Positions 28,266-37,777 of a stretch of DNA of 64,000 nucleotides are shown here, in pieces (position 1 is the first letter of the stretch; each line of letters begins with the position of its first letter). Under the pieces are notes generated by a model. That model did not search any database and was not told the origin of the DNA. It saw nothing but the letters and a program-made list of their open reading frames with translations. Origin of the DNA: Synechococcus sp. (GTDB lineage Bacteria; Cyanobacteriota; Cyanobacteriia; PCC-6307; Cyanobiaceae). A program made the position numbers and the translations under genes. Location: NCBI GenBank assembly GCA_047285805.1, contig JBJBCN010000003.1:256001-320000 (forward strand). Direction: 5' to 3'.

Positions 28266-29707
28266 CAGGCTTGAGCCCAGCTCCCATGCAAGCCGTGGGG
28301 CACCGCCAAGGGCAGCTCCAGCACGGCCACCTCAGCCAGGCTGGCCGCATCCAAGATCACCAGATCGCTGGCACAGCGGGCGCCGTTCCAAACCAGGCAA
28401 AGCACCCAGCCGTCATCCTCAGCCGTGGCACCGGGGCGGGGCACCATCACGGGCTCACTGACAAAGCCACGGGGCGCCGCACTCCAAACCTTGCCAGCAC
28501 CAGTAGTCAGATCCAACTTCTTGATCGCCTGCAGCGGGTCGTTCCCGCGCTTCCGCTCCGCTACCGCCATCCAGCTGTAGCGGGCATCCAAACCCTGCCG
28601 CTCGGGGGTGACCATCGCGAACTCACAGGTACGAGCCTCCAGCACCTCTGTGCTGACCGCACCGCTGGCCAGATGAATGCGGCAGCGCACCAGCTGACCT
28701 TCCGGGATCGATTCGAAATCGACCTGACGGAAGTCGACATCCGGGCCGATTGAGGGGAAATCGTCGTAGTAGATCGAATCAACCACGAGTTCCTCACCCT
28801 CTTCAAAGGCGTTGAGATGATGGAAAACAAAGCCCTCAGGTGCTGGGATTTGCAGCGGCTTCCCTTCACCGCTGCGGGGGATCAGCCAGAACTGTCCCTT
28901 CTCTCCAGGCTTCGAGGCCAAGCACTGGGCCGCACCCTTTTGGCCAAGAACAAAACCGGTTGGGTTGAACGCCACCGCGTTCTGCAGGAACACCGCCCAG
29001 TTAGGGGTGATCGCGAAGTCATGCAGGAAAGCAAAGCCCTTGAAGCTGTGGCGGCTGTCCGCCAGCAGAACACCGCTGCTGGAGAACTCCATCACCCGAA
29101 TCGTGCTGCGGGGGCCGGTCTTGACCCCGAAAGTCACCATGCGGGGGTCGCCATGGTGGCCGGGGTCGAAGCGCGGGTGGGCACTGAATGCCTCACCCGG
29201 CTTAAGCAACCCCTCCAGCCGACTTAGGCCACGGGTCTCCAGGGTTTCCGGATCCAGCGCGTGGGGCTCTGCTGCTTCCCAGAGCGCCAGCAACTGATCC
29301 CCGAGCCGCACAACATGGGTGTTGGCGATGTTCTTCAGACGCAGGTCAAACGCGTTGGCGGCCAATCCGCCGGGCTTCTGGGTGCCAAAGACACCCCGGT
29401 AAAGGAATTTGTCCGCCTGCTCTTCCGCCTCAAAGCCTTCCGTGCGCACGAAGCGATTGCGCAGCTTTGCTTCACCCCCCTCAAACGTCAGGGCCGTGAT
29501 CATCCCGTCGCCATCGAAGGGGTGATGCACCCACTGCCCGCCACGCTCGAGCCGGCCAGGACCGTTCCGATACAGCGTGCCCTTGAGCTCAGACGGAATC
29601 GCGCCGCGGGCGGCAGTCAGCGCCACGCCGTCGAGCTCCACACCCACGTTGCGGAAAGCGCTTGCCCAATCCGAGCGGTCGTAGCCGATAACAGGAGCAG
29701 CGGTCAT
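28265..29707 (-). CDS. Carotenoid oxygenase (apocarotenoid oxygenase/lignostilbene dioxygenase family)
   Basis: GTLYRNGPG, HPFDGDG, Fe-ligand histidines FSAHP, FLHDF, FHHLNA, HGLHG; EPVMVPR. Confidence 0.92.
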   Translation of the reverse strand: MTAAPVIGYDRSDWASAFRNVGVELDGVALTAARGAIPSELKGTLYRNGPGRLERGGQWVHHPFDGDGMITALTFEGGEAKLRNRFVRTEGFEAEEQADKFLYRGVFGTQKPGGLAANAFDLRLKNIANTHVVRLGDQLLALWEAAEPHALDPETLETRGLSRLEGLLKPGEAFSAHPRFDPGHHGDPRMVTFGVKTGPRSTIRVMEFSSSGVLLADSRHSFKGFAFLHDFAITPNWAVFLQNAVAFNPTGFVLGQKGAAQCLASKPGEKGQFWLIPRSGEGKPLQIPAPEGFVFHHLNAFEEGEELVVDSIYYDDFPSIGPDVDFRQVDFESIPEGQLVRCRIHLASGAVSTEVLEARTCEFAMVTPERQGLDARYSWMAVAERKRGNDPLQAIKKLDLTTGAGKVWSAAPRGFVSEPVMVPRPGATAEDDGWVLCLVWNGARCASDLVILDAASLAEVAVLELPLAVPHGLHGSWAQA

Positions 29708-32525
29708 GAGCGAAGACGCAGAGCGACAGCGCCATCATCGCGTAACGGAGTATTAAGCGGGACCCTGAACGTTTAACGCAGGCGCCTTGCGCGGAGAAAC
29801 AACGCGGAGGGGAATGCATAGAGGACTAAAAAAACCGGGAGAACCTTCACAAAGGCCATGAACTCACCCACACCACCAGTGACCACGCCCAAATACACAA
29901 CGGGCACAAGCAAAAAACCCGCTACCTCTATAGAAAGAAACCTGAGCAAGAACCAGAGCAATACACAAATTCCTAATCGGGAAACGGCAAGCCACATGGC
30001 ATAAGACAAGACCGCCAAAGCACTGTCGAATTGGAGAAAAAATGGCAGCGCCTGGGTCTCAACTAAATCGACTTGATTTTTCCCGTAGCATTGACCAATC
30101 AGATATTCAGGAAGTCGGGATGGCTCATATCCGAGCAATCGCCTCAACGGAAGAGGTTGCGAACCAATGAACTCTGATGCTAAAGGCCCTTTGAGCAAGC
30201 TCAACTCAGGCGCGAATGGGCATTTCTTTTCCAAAATCAGATTTCGCGCATGAAGCGCTGTCGAAGAGGAGCCAACACCACTCAAACGATAGCCAAAGTC
30301 TAGAGATAGACGCCGATGCAATGAAAAGAAATGCTGCTCGATTTGGTCTACATTTGGAGCAAAACCTGTTGGACCAAACTGACCCTTAAGCACCGTTGGG
30401 AACGAGTATCCGACGACCAACAATGAACATAAGAGTGCAGAAAGCGTGAGCAGCTTACGTAACGCATGCTGCTGCCAAACCCCCAAAAGGGACGCTAGCG
30501 AGAGCGCAAAAGAAATAGAAGAGATTAGACAGTAAAGACGCTGGCGAAAAACAACAAATAGAATAATGTTCAAAAGACATGCAGTCAATACAAAATAAAG
30601 ATACGACCGTTTTTTGACCGAAACCCCCAAAACCCCAAGGGCAATTGCGGGTCCAGCAGGCACAGAGAAGTAGGTCGAAACAATCGCCTTATCAAAGAAA
30701 TTAAGTGAGCCAAAGTCAAAATATTCCGTACCAATGATTGAACCAAAGCGAAAAGCAATGATTGCGAGAAGCGCAGTTCCAACGAAGCCGTAGATACGCA
30801 GAGAAAACGATTTGACAATCTGCAATATCTGCAGCTCACAAGCAACAAGTCGCCTAGGAAAATTAGCAACTTGCGGACCAGCAATCAGCAATAGAAGGGA
30901 AAGAACAGAGGAGGCCCCAACCATCAAAGCGGCTTTCTGAAATAAGGGAGAATAAATATTCCAGTTGAGGCCTGACGAAGGATTTTCAATGAGATCTGGT
31001 CTCAGCGCCCCAACGATGTTCGTCAAAGGACCAAAAAACCAAAACCAATATAACGAAATCAATAGAGACGCAGCCAAAAGCAAAGAGCTTCTGCCATATA
31101 GTCGTCGAGAGACAAGACATACCCCGAGCAGGGCCAAGGCAACCAAGAGCTCAAGAATTAAAAACACACTCCCTTCCCTGACCTAATATGGGGAGACTCC
31201 ACTTGAGCTCAAAAAGATGTTGGGCTCAATTGTAGCCTTCGCCCTTGGCCTCAACCCTCCCAGGGCAGTACTGCTATCTGGGATCGCCTTAGCTGGACAT
31301 TCCGCATATCTACTCCTGCGTGAAAAACAAAGGAATAAAAAGTTTTCACTATCAATAACTGTCAGATCTAGCTTTCAAGGATTGCATCTTGAAAGCAAGG
31401 GTAATCAATCACTACTCGTCCTTGGGCTACTTTTGACCTTTGGATTTTTGGTTACTTATTCTAACCTGATCAACGACCAAGACAGCACTTCTTCGACCAT
31501 AGAATACTTGGCATTAATTCCTATCTGCATATCTCTCGCCGCAGGCAGGCTGAATGACATAACCCCAAAAGAACTCACGCAATTAGCAATTTCCTACTCA
31601 GCTGGGAGCCTCATTTACGTTTTAGCATGCCTAATTTATACAAGATCACAGGGAGACTTCAATCTCTTGTCTCTGTTCTTTAAACAATCGCACAATGAAC
31701 TACTCGCTCCCTGGGGACACTTAAACAATTCCGTCAATCTAAGGACAATTGAACAGTCGCTACTCTTCCCAATATCCTTGCTTCCCGTGTCGATTGTCGC
31801 TTTTGCAAGAAGCAAAGCAAAAGCGACAGGCTGGCTTTTCGCTTTACTCACTGGAACGCTTGCGCTTTTTCTTTCACGCGCATTCAATTCATATTTCACT
31901 CTGTTGGCTTTATCTCTGAGCAGTGCGGTAGCGCTCGCTTCGGTTACGTCGACACAAGACAGAATGAAACATTGCTTTATAAGATGCAAAAAGCTCATCA
32001 CAATTTATGCAGCAACCTTAATCACAACGATTGTCTGCTCTTATCTGATGACCAAAGGTTGCATCATTATTGATGAGCGCCTCTCGAGGGCGGCGGCAGC
32101 TATTCACCATTTGCCTTTCTTGCCACAAGAGGCCGTAGGTCTCTCATTCTCCTATCAGGAAGCATGCACCAATAAGACAGTCACTTTTATCTCAACAGCT
32201 GGGGACTCTCTTCACAACATTTTTCTCGACTACTCCCTGCAAGCCGGGCTAATTGCTGGAGTTTCTCTTTTTGCATGCACTGCACTCTTAACTGGAAGAG
32301 TCTTTTCCAAGTACTTTGAATCTCTTGGTAATAAGAATCAGGAAAACATGGGCACGGTTCTAAAGATGAGCGCGGCCGTTTCTATGACTGGGACATCCTG
32401 GGTTCTTTGGCTATTTCAACCCATATCAAGCTCGAATTTCTCAATGTTCCTATGTTCACTATACTTTCTAGCACTTTGCTCTAGTGCAGTCCTAGCCCAT
32501 CCAGAGAAAAAACCACCAATCCGGC
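29708..32525. other. AT-rich islet C (two divergent membrane-protein genes)
   Basis: GC drop between carotenoid oxygenase and hisB. Confidence 0.8.
29773..31167 (-). CDS. Polytopic membrane protein, putative polysaccharide polymerase (Wzy-like)
   Basis: 464 aa, many TM-like segments, FRQR after a TM helix, long hydrophilic loop; function inferred. Confidence 0.5.
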   Translation of the reverse strand: MFLILELLVALALLGVCLVSRRLYGRSSLLLAASLLISLYWFWFFGPLTNIVGALRPDLIENPSSGLNWNIYSPLFQKAALMVGASSVLSLLLLIAGPQVANFPRRLVACELQILQIVKSFSLRIYGFVGTALLAIIAFRFGSIIGTEYFDFGSLNFFDKAIVSTYFSVPAGPAIALGVLGVSVKKRSYLYFVLTACLLNIILFVVFRQRLYCLISSISFALSLASLLGVWQQHALRKLLTLSALLCSLLVVGYSFPTVLKGQFGPTGFAPNVDQIEQHFFSLHRRLSLDFGYRLSGVGSSSTALHARNLILEKKCPFAPELSLLKGPLASEFIGSQPLPLRRLLGYEPSRLPEYLIGQCYGKNQVDLVETQALPFFLQFDSALAVLSYAMWLAVSRLGICVLLWFLLRFLSIEVAGFLLVPVVYLGVVTGGVGEFMAFVKVLPVFLVLYAFPSALFLRARRLR

Positions 32526-32536
32526 TCACGAATTAG
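31217..32536 (+). CDS. Polytopic membrane protein, O-antigen ligase/Wzy_C-like
   Basis: 439 aa; DER...R loop followed by [17 protein letters not shown], like the WaaL HN.(Y/F)L...G.G motif. Confidence 0.6.
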   Translation: MLGSIVAFALGLNPPRAVLLSGIALAGHSAYLLLREKQRNKKFSLSITVRSSFQGLHLESKGNQSLLVLGLLLTFGFLVTYSNLINDQDSTSSTIEYLALIPICISLAAGRLNDITPKELTQLAISYSAGSLIYVLACLIYTRSQGDFNLLSLFFKQSHNELLAPWGHLNNSVNLRTIEQSLLFPISLLPVSIVAFARSKAKATGWLFALLTGTLALFLSRAFNSYFTLLALSLSSAVALASVTSTQDRMKHCFIRCKKLITIYAATLITTIVCSYLMTKGCIIIDERLSRAAAAIHHLPFLPQEAVGLSFSYQEACTNKTVTFISTAGDSLHNIFLDYSLQAGLIAGVSLFACTALLTGRVFSKYFESLGNKNQENMGTVLKMSAAVSMTGTSWVLWLFQPISSSNFSMFLCSLYFLALCSSAVLAHPEKKPPIRLTN

Positions 32537-33140
32537 AGCCTGCTCGCTCCAGCATGCCCTTGCTACTGGGAATAGCCCCAGCCCGGCGCGGGTCCACCTC
32601 GGTTGCCAGGCGCAAGGCACGAGCGAAGGCCTTGAAGCAGGCCTCAACAATGTGGTGTGAGTTCACCCCATCCAGTTGGCGGATGTGCATAGTGAGGCCA
32701 GAGTTGTTCACCACCGCCACGAAGAACTCTTTGACGAGCTCGGTGTCGTAAGTGCCGATCTTCTGAGCAGGAATCTGAAGCCCAAAGCTCAGGTGCGGGC
32801 GGCCGCTGCAATCGAGGGCCACCTGTACCAAGGCCTCATCCAAGGGCGCCACAAAGTGACCGAAGCGGTGAATCCCGCGCCTGTCCTCCAGAGCCTGAGC
32901 CAAGGCTTGGCCCAAGGCGATGCCGACGTCCTCATTGGTGTGGTGATCGTCAATGTGGGTGTCACCCAGAGCCTTGATCTCCAGATCCACCAGCCCATGG
33001 CTGCTGATCTGGTGAAGCATGTGATCGAGGAAGGGCACGCCCGTGCTTGCAGTGCACTGACCCGTGCCATCGAGATTCAGCTTTACGCGCACATCGGTTT
33101 CACCGGTGACGCGATGGATCTCGCCCGTGCGCATGGTCAT
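32526..33140 (-). CDS. hisB: Imidazoleglycerol-phosphate dehydratase
   Basis: [28 protein letters not shown]; start 33140 or 33134. Confidence 0.97.
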   Translation of the reverse strand: MTMRTGEIHRVTGETDVRVKLNLDGTGQCTASTGVPFLDHMLHQISSHGLVDLEIKALGDTHIDDHHTNEDVGIALGQALAQALEDRRGIHRFGHFVAPLDEALVQVALDCSGRPHLSFGLQIPAQKIGTYDTELVKEFFVAVVNNSGLTMHIRQLDGVNSHHIVEACFKAFARALRLATEVDPRRAGAIPSSKGMLERAGSNS

Positions 33141-33164
33141 GCCCTCCTCAGATCAGTCTGCCGC

Positions 33165-33944
33165 TCACATGCCGGTGATGCAGTAACCGGCGTCGACATA
33201 GATGGTTTGACCGGTAATGCCGGAAGCAAGGTTGCTGGCCAAGAAGGCGGCGGTGCCACCTACCTCGTCTTGGGTGACGGTGCGGTGCAGGGGAGCCTTC
33301 TCCTCGACGTTGTGGATCATGTCGAGGATGCCACCAATGGCGGAGCTGGCCAGGGTGCGGATCGGACCGGCGCTGATGGCGTTCACGCGCACCTGCTTCT
33401 CACCCAGCTCAGCGGCCAGGTAGCGGACGGATGCCTCCAGAGCGGCCTTGGCCACTCCCATGACGTTGTAATTGGGGATCGCGCGCTCAGCGCCGAGGTA
33501 GCTGAGGGTGATCACGCTGGCGCCTTCGCTGAAGAGGGGCTTGGCGTGCTTGCAGAGCGGGGCCAGGGAGTAGGCGCTTACCTCGAGAGCCCGGGCAAAG
33601 CCCTCCGGAGAGATGTTCGAGTAGTCACCGATCAGCTCGTCCTTGCCGGCGAAGGCCAGGCAGTGCACGAGTACGTCGATCTTGCCCCACTGCTCATTGA
33701 CCTTGGCAAACACCGCCTCGATCTGAGCAGGATCTTGCACGTTCAGGGGCTCGAACAGGGTTGGGGCCAGGGGAGCGGTGAGCTCGCGCACCTTGCCTTC
33801 AAAGCGCCCCTTGTCATCGGGGAGGTAGGTCACCCCGAGCTCAGCACCGGCGGCGTGCAGCTGCTGGGCGATGCCCCAAGCGATCGACTTGTTGTTGGCG
33901 ATGCCCGTGACGAGGGCCTTCTTACCGCGCAGATCGAGGAGCAT
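33165..33944 (-). CDS. fabI: Enoyl-ACP reductase
   Basis: MLLDLRGKKALVTGIANNKSIAWGIA, YNVMGVAK, AGPIRTLA; start trimmed to ATG 33944. Confidence 0.96.
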   Translation of the reverse strand: MLLDLRGKKALVTGIANNKSIAWGIAQQLHAAGAELGVTYLPDDKGRFEGKVRELTAPLAPTLFEPLNVQDPAQIEAVFAKVNEQWGKIDVLVHCLAFAGKDELIGDYSNISPEGFARALEVSAYSLAPLCKHAKPLFSEGASVITLSYLGAERAIPNYNVMGVAKAALEASVRYLAAELGEKQVRVNAISAGPIRTLASSAIGGILDMIHNVEEKAPLHRTVTQDEVGGTAAFLASNLASGITGQTIYVDAGYCITGM

Positions 33945-34011
33945 GAATTGGGCACTTGCTATCAGGGGATTCTCACCCAGCCGCGGCCGTGGACTCAACC
34001 CGACAGGATCA

Positions 34012-34965
34012 ATGGCCCCCAAGACCCCGCCGTTGGCTAGTCCCACCCTGCGCGGAGTGCCCCTTAATTGGGATGCGCACCCGGGCGATCTCCCCCGACA
34101 GTTCACAGACCGCAGCGAGCTCGAGCGCACGCTGCAGCAGCTATTTCCCGAAGCCAGCGGTTGCTTGAGCCCGATCCAAGGGGGCCGACGCCAGGCGGAG
34201 GCCCTGCTCAGCAAGGTCAAGCCCGAGCGCTACGCCAAAGCTCGCAACTTCCTCAGTGGCCCCGTCACCCGGCTCTCGCCCTATATCCGCCATGGGGCAA
34301 TCAGCCTGGCGGAGGTGCGCGATGCGGTCTTTGCCCGCACCAAGCAACGTCAGGCCAGCGAGAAGCTGATCAATGAGCTGGGCTGGCGGGACTACTGGCA
34401 ACGCCTCTGGGCTGAGCTGGACGATGGGATCTGGAGCGATCAGGAGCCCCTCAAAACCGGCCATCACCCTGAGGCCTACGCCGAAACGCTGCCGGCTGAT
34501 CTAGGTGAGGGTCGGACCGGCTTAGCTTGCATGGATGGATTCATCCAGGAGTTGCACCAGAGCGGCTGGCTCCACAACCACGCCCGGATGTGGCTGGCAG
34601 CCTATGTAGTGCACTGGCGGCAAATCCGCTGGCAGGCCGGCGCCCAGTGGTTCCTGCGCCACCTGCTCGATGGGGACCCGGCAAGCAACAACCTCAGCTG
34701 GCAGTGGGTGGCCAGCAGCTTCAGCCACAAGCCCTACTTCTTCAACCGCTCAAACCTGGAGCGCTACAGCGATGGCCGCTACTGCCAGGACTGCGGACTG
34801 AGCGCCAAGGGCTGTCCGTTTGAGGCCAGCTACGAGCAGCTCGAGCAGCGCCTGTTCCAGCAGCATGCCGCCATCCGCGACACGGGCGATCGCCCCTACC
34901 GCCGTCAAGGCCGCTCGAGTTCCAAAGCCTCTGCCTTCAGCCGTCCCGCCAAGCCGAACCGATGA
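34012..34965 (+). CDS. Short photolyase-like protein (FAD-binding domain only, Cys cluster)
   Basis: RLSPYIRHG, ELGWRDYW, WLHNHARMW, LLDGDPASNNLSWQW; C-terminal CxxC...CPF; no N-terminal antenna domain. Confidence 0.85.
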   Translation: MAPKTPPLASPTLRGVPLNWDAHPGDLPRQFTDRSELERTLQQLFPEASGCLSPIQGGRRQAEALLSKVKPERYAKARNFLSGPVTRLSPYIRHGAISLAEVRDAVFARTKQRQASEKLINELGWRDYWQRLWAELDDGIWSDQEPLKTGHHPEAYAETLPADLGEGRTGLACMDGFIQELHQSGWLHNHARMWLAAYVVHWRQIRWQAGAQWFLRHLLDGDPASNNLSWQWVASSFSHKPYFFNRSNLERYSDGRYCQDCGLSAKGCPFEASYEQLEQRLFQQHAAIRDTGDRPYRRQGRSSSKASAFSRPAKPNR

Positions 34966-35435
34966 ACCATCCGATCCTTTGGCTGCACGGCGACGCCCTA
35001 GGCCCCAGCAACCCCGCTCTGTTGGCCCACCCCGGTCAGCCTGCCGTATTCGTCTTCGACCGCGAACTCCTGCTGGGCAACAGTCCCACCACCGCCGATC
35101 CCCAGGACGCAGCGCCGGAGGCCGTCAGCCTCAAGCGCATCGGCTTTGTCTACGAATGCCTGTTGGAGTTGCCGGTCGGCCTGCGCCACGGGGATGTGGC
35201 CGACGAGGTTCTCCGCTTTGCCCAGGCCCATGGCGCCGATGGCATCGTCACTAGCTCCAGCGTCGATCCCCGGGTGGAAAGCATCTGCCGCCGGCTCGAG
35301 CAAACCCTGCCGGTGCTGCGGTTGGATCCGGCGCCGTTCGTCGAACTCGACGGGTGCGTGAATCTGGGGCGCTTTAGCCGCTACTGGAGGCAAGCCGAAC
35401 GGGAAGTCTGGGCCGACTGGGCGCCTCAGAGTTAA
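34962..35435 (+). CDS. Stand-alone photolyase antenna (alpha/beta)-like domain protein
   Basis: ILWLHGDALGPSNPAL, AVFVFD, KRIGFVYECLLEL, RFSRYW; ATGA overlap with upstream gene. Confidence 0.7.
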   Translation: MNHPILWLHGDALGPSNPALLAHPGQPAVFVFDRELLLGNSPTTADPQDAAPEAVSLKRIGFVYECLLELPVGLRHGDVADEVLRFAQAHGADGIVTSSSVDPRVESICRRLEQTLPVLRLDPAPFVELDGCVNLGRFSRYWRQAEREVWADWAPQS

Positions 35436-35917
35436 GAAACTCCGTTCTCCTTAGGGGTACTGAGCAGGTCCCTCTCCTCCAGCATCGGGAAGGCCGGAGC
35501 GCTGACCTCAGCGGCATTGCGTGGCGGCGGCTTCCACTGCCAACGGGCCTTGGGAGCACGCTGACGGCAGAGCGCTTGGAGCTCGTGTCGAAGCGCGCGC
35601 TGGACGTCCTTGCGGTGTACCGCCTCAAAAAACTCCTCACGAGACGCCAAACCCGTGCTGAAGGGGCGGCTGCCGTTGCCGTTAAAGAGCCGGGCCGGAT
35701 CCACCAACCAGCGGGGCTTACAGACCCCGGCCTCTCGGGTATCAGTGGCCAGCCAGATGTGCAGCCCATAGCCGTCGGGCTGGTTCACTACCGCTACACC
35801 GTCGTGGAGCTGAGAGCGTTGCAAGGGGTAGATCGTCCAGGTAGCGCTGCGGTGGGCGGGAACACAACCAACGACAGCCAAAGCCAGGAGAGCCGCTGCG
35901 GGACGGGGCCAACCCAA
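35432..35917 (-). CDS. Hypothetical lipoprotein
   Basis: Hydrophobic N-terminus with VVGC lipobox. Confidence 0.65.
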   Translation of the reverse strand: MGWPRPAAALLALAVVGCVPAHRSATWTIYPLQRSQLHDGVAVVNQPDGYGLHIWLATDTREAGVCKPRWLVDPARLFNGNGSRPFSTGLASREEFFEAVHRKDVQRALRHELQALCRQRAPKARWQWKPPPRNAAEVSAPAFPMLEERDLLSTPKENGVS

Positions 35918-35958
35918 GGCAGTTCAGGGCACAATCAGCCCATTCTGGTGGCGTTGTC

Positions 35959-36543
35959 ATGGTGCTCACCCCTTCTGAAATGTTGCCCCTGAGAACCCCC
36001 CTGCCTGCGTTCTCACTAGAGCGGGCTACGGGGGGACGCTGGGAGACTGCAGCACTGGAAGCCAAGCCCGTGCTGGTGCTGTTCATCTGCGCCCACTGCC
36101 CCTACGTGATCCACATCGAGCCCGAGCTGGGCCGCCTGGAGCGCGACTACGGAGAATGGGTGCAGATCGTGGCGATCTCCAGCAACAGCACGATCACCCA
36201 CCCCCAGGACGGCCCCGAAGGCTTACGGGCCCAGGCTCAGCGCCAAGGCTGGAACTTCCCGTACCTCTTTGATGCCAGCCAAGCGGTGGCCAGGGCCTTC
36301 CAGGCGGCCTGCACCCCCGACCTTTTCCTGTTCGACGGCCAGCACCAGCTCATCTACCGCGGCCAGATGGATGGGAGCCGTCCCGGCAACGACGAACCCC
36401 TCACCGGGGCGGACTTACGGACTGCGATCGATGATCTATTGGCGGGCCGGGCAGTGAACCCCGATCAGCGCCCCTCGATTGGCTGCAGCATCAAGTGGCA
36501 TCCGGGGGGGGCTAGAAGCCCGAGAACCGAATCAGGGCCTTAA
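35959..36543 (+). CDS. Thioredoxin-fold (AhpC/TSA-like) protein
   Basis: FICAHCPYV, FPYLFD, ACTPD, YRGQMD, GCSIKW. Confidence 0.9.
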   Translation: MVLTPSEMLPLRTPLPAFSLERATGGRWETAALEAKPVLVLFICAHCPYVIHIEPELGRLERDYGEWVQIVAISSNSTITHPQDGPEGLRAQAQRQGWNFPYLFDASQAVARAFQAACTPDLFLFDGQHQLIYRGQMDGSRPGNDEPLTGADLRTAIDDLLAGRAVNPDQRPSIGCSIKWHPGGARSPRTESGP

Positions 36544-36553
36544 GGTTGCCGGC

Positions 36554-37777
36554 ATGCAGGTGCCCCCTTTCAGCCTCACCGAACAGCTGGAGCAGCTCGG
36601 ACCTGAGCTGGACGCAGCCGTTTTAGAGGTCCTCCGTAGCGGTCAATACATCGGCGGAGGGGTCATCGCAGCGTTTGAGAAGGCCTTCGCCGCAAGCGTG
36701 GACAGCCCCTTTGCCGTGGGCTGCAACAGCGGCACCGATGCCTTGATCCTGGCCTTACGGGGCCTGGGCATCGGTCCTGGTGATGAGGTGATCACCGCCT
36801 CTTTCAGCTTCTTCGCGACAGCTGAGGCCATCAGCGCGGTGGGCGCAACCCCCGTCTTTGTCGACGTCGAGGAGAGCTCATATCTAATTGATCTTGATCA
36901 AGTCGAGGCCGCGATCACGCCGGCAACCAAGGCTCTGATCCCGGTCCATCTCTTTGGCCGGCCCGTAGACATGGAGCGGGTAAGTTCCATCGCTGAACTC
37001 CACAACCTGAAGGTGGTCGAGGACTGTGCCCAAGCCAGCGGTGCCAGCTGGGCAGGCCGACCGGTGGGCAGCTGGGGTGACGTGGGCTGCTTCAGCTTCT
37101 TCCCCACCAAGAACCTCGGTGGTGCCGGCGACGGCGGCGCTGTGACCTGCAAGGACGAAGCTCTCGCCCAGCGCATGCGGGAGCTAGCCGTTCACGGAAT
37201 GCCGCGCCGCTATCTCCACAGCCAACTCGGCTACAACAGCCGCCTCGATTCGATCCAGGCCGCGGTTCTGAGCGTCAAGCTGCCGCACCTGACCAGCTGG
37301 GTGGAGAAGCGCGCTGCAATCGCCCAGCACTACCGAGCCGAACTCACAGGCAGCAGCGGATTTATCTTGCCCGAAGCCGCTCCGTCTGGCCACAGCTGGA
37401 ACCAATTCGTTGTGCGGATCCCTACCTGCAACCCGACGCCTGCCTGCGGCTCCAGCTGCATACCTTCCGCTGACAGCTCCAACTTCAGTCTGCCGGAAGC
37501 CTGCTGCCGCGACTGGCTGAAACAACAGCTCCAGGACGCGGGGGTGACCACGATCATTTACTACCCGATCCCTATCCACCGGCAGCCGGCCTACGCCCAC
37601 CTGAACTACCCGCCCGGCTCGCTTCCCATCACCGAGCGCCTTTGTTCAGAAGTCCTCAGCCTACCTATCTACCCTGAACTTGAAGTCAAAAAGCAGTCTC
37701 ATACTATCGCATCGATCAAAAAGATCATTACCAAAGCAGACCGTCAAGACTGCCCTGAGACAACACCGTTCAAATAG
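36554..37777 (+). CDS. DegT/DnrJ/EryC1/StrS aminotransferase
   Basis: CNSGTDAL, EDCAQA, SFFPTKNLG, GYNSRLD; ATG 36554. Confidence 0.93.
   Translation: MQVPPFSLTEQLEQLGPELDAAVLEVLRSGQYIGGGVIAAFEKAFAASVDSPFAVGCNSGTDALILALRGLGIGPGDEVITASFSFFATAEAISAVGATPVFVDVEESSYLIDLDQVEAAITPATKALIPVHLFGRPVDMERVSSIAELHNLKVVEDCAQASGASWAGRPVGSWGDVGCFSFFPTKNLGGAGDGGAVTCKDEALAQRMRELAVHGMPRRYLHSQLGYNSRLDSIQAAVLSVKLPHLTSWVEKRAAIAQHYRAELTGSSGFILPEAAPSGHSWNQFVVRIPTCNPTPACGSSCIPSADSSNFSLPEACCRDWLKQQLQDAGVTTIIYYPIPIHRQPAYAHLNYPPGSLPITERLCSEVLSLPIYPELEVKKQSHTIASIKKIITKADRQDCPETTPFK

Noticed and set aside
32676..34040. 454-aa + strand ORF and similar long overlapping ORFs (11604-12419, 40687-41460, 44937-45725, 50357-50953)
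   Set aside because: Antisense shadows of well-supported genes in GC-rich DNA, no motifs
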